DNA of 64,000 nucleotides, from assembly GCF_937906905.1 (NCBI RefSeq), contig NZ_CALERY010000034.1:10401-74400 (forward strand), in the 5' to 3' direction. This DNA is from an uncultured Helicobacter sp. (lineage in GTDB: Bacteria > Campylobacterota > Campylobacteria > Campylobacterales > Helicobacteraceae). The position numbers and the translations under genes were made by a program. The notes below the pieces were generated by a model, which saw nothing but the letters and a program-made list of their open reading frames with translations, ran no database searches and was not told where the DNA came from. Below, piece by piece: positions 1 through 8,368 of the stretch (positions within the stretch are counted from its first letter, which is position 1; each line of letters opens with the position of its first letter).

Positions 1-140
1 GCGCGTATCACACCTTTTGCCATGCTTTTTATGCACGCTACCATTTTCTACTCCTTTAGAATTTCATATAAATCTGCAGGAGACATATCGTCAAATTTGC
101 TGGAAAATTAAATACCTGCTTGGTGCTAGATTCTAGCGCT

Positions 141-1082
141 TCAGTATGTCTCGCACCTAGAGTGTTCTAGCTTACAATCATTGGCATTGATGTCAAAATA
201 ATCTGTGTAAAACATCGTCGCGCTTTTGTCTTTGTGGCGCTCGATAAAGTCTTTTTCATTGCTCGAGAATGCCATGATACACCCACCTTGCTCGATGTAT
301 TCTTGAGCGAGTTGGGGATTCTTACTAATCGTGCTTGTATGCGTGGCGACCATAGGGATACGCAGAGCTTTAGCTAAAGCAATGTCGCTGATAGATAGCA
401 TGGGCTTTAGCCCCATTTGTTTAGCTTGGTAGTAGCCGCGCAGGGAGAAAACCTCGATGAGAATGCGCTGTGTAAAAGGCAGCTGCGCTTTAATCGCAGC
501 AAAATCATTGAGTTTATCTGTTACAAGATAGGCATGCGGATAGCTTTGAAAAATCTGCGTGATAGATTCTGCTACAAGCGGGGTTAGGAAGCCATGGATT
601 TTGGATTCTAGGATTTCTTGCTTGCTTGGTGCAGTGAGCGCCTCATCTCCTTGCACTTCTTTGCCAACTAGCGAGTAGAAGTGCTTATAATCATGCGCAG
701 CGAAAATCCCACCTGCATCATCGAGCATTAAGTCCAGCTCGATAAACGAAAATCCCTCTTGTAGGCTTTGGAGCAGGGCTTCCTTGGAATTTGTGTAAGT
801 GTAGGTTTGGGGCTGTCCTTGCGCGTTTTTCAAGATTGCACCACCAGCATGCGCGATGAAGTTACGATGTGGCAGCGTTGTGATAGCTGGATTATAGCGT
901 GGGTTGAACTCGCATTTCTCATCAGCAAGCTTATATGACACAGCAAGCGGATAGTAGTGCCTAAGCGACTTTACTAGTGAGAGCTTGAGCACAAATCTAT
1001 CAAAGCACACAGCCCCGATAGCCAAAACCACCAGCACAATGGCACCAATGATGAGCGATTGTTTAGCGACGAGTTTTTTCAT
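141..1082 (-). CDS. membrane-anchored glycerophosphodiester phosphodiesterase (GDPD)-like protein
   Basis: 313-aa ORF with an N-terminal TM helix. 'FIAHAGGA...FIELDLMLDDAGGIFAAHD' fits the GDPD / PI-PLC-X-like His...Glu-x-Asp...His-Asp pattern. Its start overlaps the end of the upstream sulfatase-like ORF by 20 nt, suggesting an operon. Confidence 0.55.
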   Translation of the reverse strand: MKKLVAKQSLIIGAIVLVVLAIGAVCFDRFVLKLSLVKSLRHYYPLAVSYKLADEKCEFNPRYNPAITTLPHRNFIAHAGGAILKNAQGQPQTYTYTNSKEALLQSLQEGFSFIELDLMLDDAGGIFAAHDYKHFYSLVGKEVQGDEALTAPSKQEILESKIHGFLTPLVAESITQIFQSYPHAYLVTDKLNDFAAIKAQLPFTQRILIEVFSLRGYYQAKQMGLKPMLSISDIALAKALRIPMVATHTSTISKNPQLAQEYIEQGGCIMAFSSNEKDFIERHKDKSATMFYTDYFDINANDCKLEHSRCETY

Positions 1083-2876
1083 AATTAACCTCCCAAAATG
1101 AGTTATAAAGTCGATTTCTCATGCCAAGCTCGGCATTTAGCGCGGATTTGGTATAGGTAGATTCTAGTAGCGTAGCGCCATAGAGTGGGTTGCGCCCTAG
1201 TCCAAAGGCGCGTGTCTCCACCCCGAGAGAATCTAGTATGAGCGGTGTGATGTCAAAATGACTCATCTGGCGTTTTTTGAGTGAGCTTTGATTGTATTTG
1301 GCGGTGAATTTGGGGTTGATGAAGAGATTGTAGATTGACCGCTTGCCAAAGGTGTCAAAAAATCCATCTCCCTTATGCGAGAGATGATCGCCCAGCAGGA
1401 TAATAGTAAGACTCTCGCCAAATTGCGCTTGGGCTTTGGCGATAAACTCTGCTAGCAGTCTATCTGCGCAAGTAAATGCCTCTTGATACGAGTCGCCTAG
1501 TCCTGGGCAAGCTTCTTTATCGACAAAGCCATTTGGGTGGTGGGTATCAATAGTAGAGACATAGAGCACAAAAGGCTCTGGCAGGGATTCTAGCTCATCT
1601 TTGGCAAGTGCCAGGAGCGCAGAATCCTTAAGCCCCCAGAAGCCTTGCAGCTCCTTTGGCAGTGGGTCTGGCACTTTGCCTTGCGCTTGCAAGGCTGGGA
1701 GATCAAGCACGGAAATCGCATGCGAGCCTAGAAAGTAGCGCATACCAGAGAAGCTAGAATCTAGCCCAGAGAGATAGCGCTGCGTATAGCCAAGCTCACT
1801 TAGCACATCGCTCACGCACACCGCAGAATCTAAAAAGTATTTATTCGCAAACGAATTCCCAGCTATTGGCATATCGAGTGGAATCCCGCAGAGATAGGAG
1901 ATCGTCCCAGCAATCGTCCAGCCAGTGCCGCTAACTTGCTCTAGCCCGCCTATGCCAGCAGTGTGGCTGAAATTTACATAGCTGCTAGCGAGGGTTGCGA
2001 GATTTGGCGTGATACTTAGTGCAGGGTTTAGTGTGGTATTGAGATTTTGGGGTGGATTTGAAGCTACGCTAGAGTGCGAAGTGTTCCCCCCCCCCCCGTT
2101 TTGGCGTGTGGGCGCACAGAAGCAATAGCGCTAGAATCTGTTGTAGTGATAAAGGTAGATTCTAGGGATTCTGCCAAGATGATAAGAAGATTTTGCTTGG
2201 GCTTTGCACCAGTATGGGAGCTGGCAAAAGAGCTGGGCTCTGGGGTAATGTAGTTTGACTCATAGAAGCTTGAAAATGGTGCGGCTTGCGATTTGATATA
2301 TTGAGTGATGTGGAGCTTATTATTAGCAACAGCACCCCCGATGACAATCGTAGCAAGTGGCAGTGCAAATGCCAGATACCGAGCAATAGTATAGCGAGCG
2401 CTCATGCGCTGCCAGAGAGTCAGGGCATAGGGCGTGAAAAGTGCGATAAGCATACTTGGAAACAGCACACGCTTCTCAAATGCCACAAAAAGCCAGAATC
2501 TATGTAGCTCCATAGCAATGGGAAGAAATAGTATCAAAAGCGGCACAAATGCCACACAAAATCCCACAAGCGCACTAAAATTACTGCGCAAAAATCCAGC
2601 AAAATATGGCAATGCACTCAAAAGCAACGCATTTACCACACTAGGCAATACCACATTTACAATAAATGAGCGCACGACCATAGAATCCATATCAAGCAGT
2701 GGGAATTGCAGGTGGAAGAGAATCTGTCCAAAATGCTGGATTTCAAAATTTAGCTCAAGCCAATAGCTGCTAAACAGCAAGAAAAAGCCTATCAAAAACA
2801 CCAGAAACACCGCACAAAGCTTGGCGAGAAATCGCGCATTAGCCTTATGCCTTGCTTGCTTTAGGGACTCTATCAT
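1063..2876 (-). pseudogene. phase-variable sulfatase-family membrane transferase (LTA-synthase / phosphoglycerol-transferase-like), currently frameshifted at a G12 tract
   Basis: ORF 2064..2876 is a polytopic membrane N-domain. ORF 1063..1872 is the sulfatase/alkaline-phosphatase-like domain ('LYVSTIDTHHPNGF', 'LLGDHLSH'). The frame of the 3' ORF stays open upstream through the homopolymer at 2086..2097. The two frames fuse if the tract is G13 or G10. Confidence 0.7.
2086..2097. repeat. homopolymeric tract C12 (G12 on the coding strand)
   Basis: Counted directly: 'gtgtt-cccccccccccc-gtttt'. It lies at the junction of the two sulfatase-gene halves. Confidence 0.95.
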
Positions 2877-2931
2877 CTCTACTCCTTGGGAAACTGCAAT
2901 GATACAATGAAAACCACAATTTGCTTCAAGT

Positions 2932-5900
2932 TTATTTCGCTACGCGCACAGCCTGCGCACTTGTGCGCGCGATAAAGTCGCTATCATACATGGCTTCGGC
3001 AAGCGCACCGCCTAGCACATATTCGCCCGTGAGTGTCGCGACACATTTGATATACACCACCTGTGATTTGCCAGAATCCACAAGCCCATTATCGAAGAAA
3101 AACATCACCCTATCGCGCAAGATATCCATATAATCCACGCGATCATTGGCTTTCATAAACGCCCTATCCCCTAGCGCCTCTTCCTTGTCCCTGCCGTTCT
3201 CTTGGCTATCGCTGCTTTGAGACTTGATTCTGGTGTTTTGGATTTCCCAGCCTGTTGGGATAATTTGGGTTAGTGCGAGATTTCTAGGCGATTTAGTCTG
3301 CGAAGTGTTTGTGATTTTTAGCTCGATGTAGAATTCATCGCCAAGCTTGATATTGCTAGGGTCAAGTGCCACTTCCTGCCCACTTTTGTCAATGGCAAAA
3401 ATCCGGCGCGATAGCTCTAGATTCTGCGATTTAGCAGGGATTGTGATTGGATTGACATCTGGCACACCTGTGCTAACTAGCGAGATATAGAGCTTGTCTT
3501 TAGCCTCCAGGGTATTTTTAGCATGAGGATCAAGCACAATGCTCATGCGCTTGTTTGTGGAGTATTCCTTGCCATTGAGGGTAAATCGCACGCCTTTGTC
3601 GCTAGAATCCGCACTCATGCTAAGTGCTAGCAGACTTGTGGCAATGTCTTGTGTGCCCAGCCAGCGCTCGTTTTCTAAAGTTTTGGCAATGGAGTGCAGC
3701 AGGGTAAGGTTTGGCGACTTATCGATGAGTGCGAGAAAATACGCACTCATGGCTTGGTTTGTCAATGCGCTACCATAGTAGTAATAGCGCGTATAGTAAT
3801 CCCACCTATCACTATAAGGCTTTTCATAGTGCTGCATATCTAGGAGATTTTCAGGCAGTTTGGCGCGGATTTCTTTAGCCACATCATCTAGCCCACTTAG
3901 CTTATAGCTCGCAGCAAGGCTTAGTTTCTCGCGCAAGGAGAGCTCTTTGAAGTGATAAGTATAAAGCTCATTCATCGCCGAGATATTTGGCGTGCCTTGG
4001 AGTGCTAGGAGAAACAGCGGGTATGCCTGCAGAGCCGGGGTAGAGCTAGATTGCACGCGTTTGGTGGCATAGGCGCTCCAGTTTTTGAGCACAGATTCTG
4101 GGACTTGATAGCCTTTTTGCTTGGCTAGGAGAAGAAAAAGCGCGGCATAGTCGCTACCATAGTCGCTAGTCTCATTAGAATCTATCCAGTAGCCAAACCC
4201 GCCATTCCCACGCTGGAATTTCACAATACGATTGATTGACCGCTGCACTCGCTCACGCACGATCTCTTCGCTCTGCTCTTTTGCGCCTTGGAGCCCTAGT
4301 AGTAGTGGCATAGTCGCAGAAACACTCTGCTCGATACAGCCATACATATAATGCAAGAGATACTCGACTTTGTCTTGATAGGAGAAAATCATCGATGGTG
4401 AGATGATGAGCTTTTGTGCGAGCGAGCCTTGGATATATTGCTGCTTGGCTTGGAGAGTCTTAGACTCTTTAGCATTGAGTGTGGAGAGCTCTTCGTCTGT
4501 TTGTGGTGGCAGAGGTGTGCTGATGTTTATGGCGTAGTGGTTGCTCTGTGTGATTGTTTGTTTTGCCACAGGAGCTTTTGCGCTATTTGTGCCACTCTTG
4601 GTAGAATCTACGCTAGATTCTGGCGATACTTCTACCTGGGCTTTCATGGTGATTGTGATATTGGCTTTGCCTATGGATTTTGGCGTGATAGCAAGGTATT
4701 GCATAAAGCGTTTGCGCTTGGGATCAAGGCTAGATTCTAGCTTTTTAACCGCGACATCGCCGCTTACTTGAATATCAACTTGACTTAGGCTTGCGCTATC
4801 TTGGGCGAGCACCTCCACAGGTGCGATGATTGTATCATCGCGCTTCATCTCCTCTGGGATATTGGAGTAGAGATTGGCGGGCTCGGCGATTGTTACATGA
4901 GATTCTGCATGTCCCACACTGCTCTCATCGCTTGCGATGAGCATGACACGCGCGCTGCCCACGAAGTTTGGCAGCTGATACTCTATAGTCGCTTTGCCGC
5001 TTTCATCGCTTACTCCGCTGGTGAAGTAGATGAGATTCTCGCGGCGCTTCTTGCTAAAATCTGCCGCCTGTCCCAGGCTCTCCTCATCTCCACCGATAAG
5101 CACACTTTGATGCACCACGCCAAATAGCCGCGCCATAAACTCGTCAAAATTATCATAGTGGATCGCTTCATCGTTGATTTTGCTATATAAGCCTTTGAGT
5201 GGGTTTGGCGTTTGGAAATTGATAATACGCAAAATCCCCTCATCAACCACCGCAAGCGTGTAAGCCATTTTGCGCTTTTTGGGGTTTTGGATTGTGATTT
5301 GGAGCTTGGAAGCTGGTTTTATGGATTCTGGTGCGATGATTTCAGGAGAGAGTGCTAGGGCTGGGTCTTGCACAGGGATACTAATCGTGCCAAAGCTTCG
5401 CTTGACTATCGCGGTTTTTCGCATATCTTGCTGTGTGTGCTTTTGCGATTTGTCAAAATCTTCGCCCGACTTATCTGGGTCTTTGGCTATGAGTGTCGCA
5501 CTTACATAGATGTTTGGCGCATATTCTTTTGTAAGCGGGATTTCATAGCTTGTTTGATTGCCAGAAATTTGGATCATCTCACTTTTTAGGATTGTATCGC
5601 CTTGGGTTAGCGTGATAATCGCCTTGCTAAAGCCTTTGGAGTTAAAGCGCACTATGGCTTTCTCGCCTGCTTCATAAGAAGATTTATCAAGCTCTAGGGG
5701 CAGCTGTGATGGGTTTGCCTTTATCGCAGCATCGCCATACGCATCTGCCACGAGCCAGACGATTTTAGGGGGATTGCTCCCATCATCTAGCTCGACAAAC
5801 ACAGAATCATAGTCCTCCACCAAGCTTGAAAGATCTTCGCGCAAGTTAAATGGCGCGCCCTTAGAAGTGATACTCCCCTCTTTTATAAGCGTGGTGTTAA

Positions 5901-8250
5901 TGTCGCTTTTGATTTTAGCATTGAAGTCTTTTTGCACATCATAGTCAAACCACCAGTAGCGATTGTTGCGGTAGATTTTGTAGCGGATTGATTTATCTGC
6001 GATTGGCTTGTCGGTAAATGGATTGAGCACGATGAGCGGAAGCTCAAGCGGAGCATGGAGTAAATCGACATAGTGCGGAATCTCGCCCACCCCGATAATA
6101 CTGCCTGTGCCAAAATACTGCACCGCAGCAGCGTTTGAGACAGGGTGTCCGGTGCTTTCAAGCACTTGCGCCCTAAGTGCCAGGCGCAAATGCTTATAGC
6201 TAGAATCTAGCTCGGCGAGATTAAAATTAAAGTGCGCTTTGCCACTTTCATCGAGCACACCATCAAAGCTTTTATCAAAGCGATAGGACTCGCTCTCACT
6301 CTGGGAGAAATCAAAGCCCTTATACGCCTTTGATTTGTAATCAAGCGGCGTGGCTTGGAGATTGAGCTTGTATTTTAGCCCTTGTGCGCTTGCCCCTGTG
6401 AGATACGCGCTTTGTATCGTCGCTTCTAGGTGCTTTTTGGCGTGGTCTAGGGATTTGGGCGCATCAATATCTACGCGGATTTTATTTGGCGTGATGTATT
6501 CGACTTGGAAGTTTTTGTAGAATTTCTCGCTTCCTATGCTAAATGCCGCGCGATAGCCCCCTGTGATGAAGCTTGTATCTGTGGCAAATGTATAGCTATA
6601 AAGCCCATAGCCTATGGGCTGGATAATCTGCTCGCTGATAATCTTGCTGCCACGCGGGTTAAAAATACTAAGCTTAATTGGTGCATTTTGTATCCGCTCA
6701 TCGCGCACAAGGACATTGAGCTGGATAGATTCCCCAGGATTGGCAATCCCCCTATCCGTGTAGGCAAACACCTTGCGTTTGCGCTTTTGCGCACCGCTTG
6801 TATCGCGCCCATCGTAAAATCTACTATCATAGTGAAGCCCTAGATAGCTGATCTCGCCGCCTTTGTCGCTAGATTCTGCGATTAAAATCGCAGGTTTTAG
6901 CGCAAAATCCCTAGAAGGCTCATTGTCCTTATCTTTGATGATTTGCCCGCCAAGTGCGGTGGATTTATAGGTGCTAAACTCCGCATAGCCGCCAGAATCT
7001 GTGCTCACAGATTCTATGAGTTTGTTTGAAGTGGAGTAGAGCGAGAGCTTTATGCCAGAGAGCGGCTCGCCCGTGGTGGAATCCAGCGCATAGGCGATGA
7101 GCTTATCCCCAGCCCTCTCTGCTACAAGCGCGACATTAGAGACGACAAGCAGTTTAATAGCACTTCTATATGCGTCTCCATTATCGTATTCTTCCCATTC
7201 ATTATCATTTGGGTAAATCTTATCCGCGCGCTTAGTGCGAAACTCCAGCACATACGCGCCTTGCTCGAGATCTTTGTCCAGCAGCTCACTTAGCACAAGC
7301 GCGGTTTGCACTTCATCTTTGCTAAGGTCAAAGGTAATTTCTTTCTCCCAGATTTTATCCATAGATGAGGTGTCAATATAGCTGCTATTTCTGGTGATAT
7401 ACTCGCGTATATTGCTATCACTGCGCAGATTCTCGGTGCTAAGCTTGTAGATAGCCAGTGTGCTTTTGCGGATATTGGTGCTTATCACACCGATTTTCAC
7501 ATCACGACTGCTAGCAAGCATACTGCCCTCTTGGGCAAACCGCAGGCTTGGGTAGAGACTTTTGCTTTGTAGCGTGATCTCCTCGCTTTCTATGGGGTGC
7601 TTGAATGTGAGTTTATAGGTTAGACCCGGTTCAAAATCCCCAGTAAGCGTGATTTTACTGCCCTGCACGAGTGCTTTTACCTGCGGCGCGTAGTTCCCAC
7701 TATATACGCGAATACTCCCCTGCGCCTTGGCAGAATCCAGCCCAATATCGCGATCGAGAAAAATCTCTATCGCCTTTTGCTTGCCATAGATTTTTGCATC
7801 AAGCACCTTAGCAGTATCGCCAGATTCTAGGGCGATGTTTGCGCTAGCTGTATCAAGCTTGATAAGCAGCTCTTTTTTGCCATTTGTCTTAGGAGTGTAA
7901 AGGAGATTCCACTCATGCTCACTTACTTGCTGGAGGCTAGCGAGCTTGCTATCCTTAGGCATAGGCGCAGAATCTATGGAGATTTTAGATTCTAGCTCGC
8001 TAGCACTTAGTGGCGTGTTGGTAAAGATTGGCAGCGAGATTTGCGTGCGATTCTCATCTTTGAGAGTGGTGAAAGTCGGCGTGCCAAACTCTGCGGCAAG
8101 CGCGTTTATCTGCGCTCTAGCAGAGCTTTTGGAGATTTGCACCCCAGCCGCAAGCGCAAGCGCGACAGCCACGATGAGTGCGAGCAGGACAAGGAGCTTT
8201 GACTTAGATAGCAGCGTAGGCTTGCTGGGCGTTTGAGCTGGATTTGACAT
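2932..8250 (-). CDS. bacterial alpha-2-macroglobulin family protein (thioester-containing, ECAM/YfhM-like)
   Basis: 1772-aa ORF with an N-terminal hydrophobic anchor. Thioester motif 'GCIEQ' sits in 'HYMYGCIEQSVSATMPLL'. Size and domain layout are typical of bacterial A2M. GGGGGAG SD lies upstream of the ATG at 8250. Confidence 0.9.
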   Translation of the reverse strand: MSNPAQTPSKPTLLSKSKLLVLLALIVAVALALAAGVQISKSSARAQINALAAEFGTPTFTTLKDENRTQISLPIFTNTPLSASELESKISIDSAPMPKDSKLASLQQVSEHEWNLLYTPKTNGKKELLIKLDTASANIALESGDTAKVLDAKIYGKQKAIEIFLDRDIGLDSAKAQGSIRVYSGNYAPQVKALVQGSKITLTGDFEPGLTYKLTFKHPIESEEITLQSKSLYPSLRFAQEGSMLASSRDVKIGVISTNIRKSTLAIYKLSTENLRSDSNIREYITRNSSYIDTSSMDKIWEKEITFDLSKDEVQTALVLSELLDKDLEQGAYVLEFRTKRADKIYPNDNEWEEYDNGDAYRSAIKLLVVSNVALVAERAGDKLIAYALDSTTGEPLSGIKLSLYSTSNKLIESVSTDSGGYAEFSTYKSTALGGQIIKDKDNEPSRDFALKPAILIAESSDKGGEISYLGLHYDSRFYDGRDTSGAQKRKRKVFAYTDRGIANPGESIQLNVLVRDERIQNAPIKLSIFNPRGSKIISEQIIQPIGYGLYSYTFATDTSFITGGYRAAFSIGSEKFYKNFQVEYITPNKIRVDIDAPKSLDHAKKHLEATIQSAYLTGASAQGLKYKLNLQATPLDYKSKAYKGFDFSQSESESYRFDKSFDGVLDESGKAHFNFNLAELDSSYKHLRLALRAQVLESTGHPVSNAAAVQYFGTGSIIGVGEIPHYVDLLHAPLELPLIVLNPFTDKPIADKSIRYKIYRNNRYWWFDYDVQKDFNAKIKSDINTTLIKEGSITSKGAPFNLREDLSSLVEDYDSVFVELDDGSNPPKIVWLVADAYGDAAIKANPSQLPLELDKSSYEAGEKAIVRFNSKGFSKAIITLTQGDTILKSEMIQISGNQTSYEIPLTKEYAPNIYVSATLIAKDPDKSGEDFDKSQKHTQQDMRKTAIVKRSFGTISIPVQDPALALSPEIIAPESIKPASKLQITIQNPKKRKMAYTLAVVDEGILRIINFQTPNPLKGLYSKINDEAIHYDNFDEFMARLFGVVHQSVLIGGDEESLGQAADFSKKRRENLIYFTSGVSDESGKATIEYQLPNFVGSARVMLIASDESSVGHAESHVTIAEPANLYSNIPEEMKRDDTIIAPVEVLAQDSASLSQVDIQVSGDVAVKKLESSLDPKRKRFMQYLAITPKSIGKANITITMKAQVEVSPESSVDSTKSGTNSAKAPVAKQTITQSNHYAINISTPLPPQTDEELSTLNAKESKTLQAKQQYIQGSLAQKLIISPSMIFSYQDKVEYLLHYMYGCIEQSVSATMPLLLGLQGAKEQSEEIVRERVQRSINRIVKFQRGNGGFGYWIDSNETSDYGSDYAALFLLLAKQKGYQVPESVLKNWSAYATKRVQSSSTPALQAYPLFLLALQGTPNISAMNELYTYHFKELSLREKLSLAASYKLSGLDDVAKEIRAKLPENLLDMQHYEKPYSDRWDYYTRYYYYGSALTNQAMSAYFLALIDKSPNLTLLHSIAKTLENERWLGTQDIATSLLALSMSADSSDKGVRFTLNGKEYSTNKRMSIVLDPHAKNTLEAKDKLYISLVSTGVPDVNPITIPAKSQNLELSRRIFAIDKSGQEVALDPSNIKLGDEFYIELKITNTSQTKSPRNLALTQIIPTGWEIQNTRIKSQSSDSQENGRDKEEALGDRAFMKANDRVDYMDILRDRVMFFFDNGLVDSGKSQVVYIKCVATLTGEYVLGGALAEAMYDSDFIARTSAQAVRVAK

Positions 8251-8289
8251 GACTCCCCCTGTGGTAAAGTTTTAGCAGAGATTGTAGCA

Positions 8290-8302
8290 TTTTTTTTTTT
8301 TT
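8290..8302. repeat. homopolymeric T13 tract between divergent promoters
   Basis: Counted directly. It is flanked by TACAAT -10-like hexamers on both strands: revcomp of 8281..8286 facing the A2M gene, and 8321..8326 facing pbpC. Confidence 0.9.
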
Positions 8303-8368
8303 GATTTTTGAGAAATATACTACAATACACGCAAAATCCACAGGACACAAGCCACATAAAGCACACGC

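Noticed and set aside
1-44. Possible 5' end of a minus-strand gene leaving the window (SD AAGGAG at 56-51, ATG at 44-42, MVACIKSMAKGVIR...).
   Set aside because: Only about 14 codons are visible, which is too short to assess coding potential or identity.
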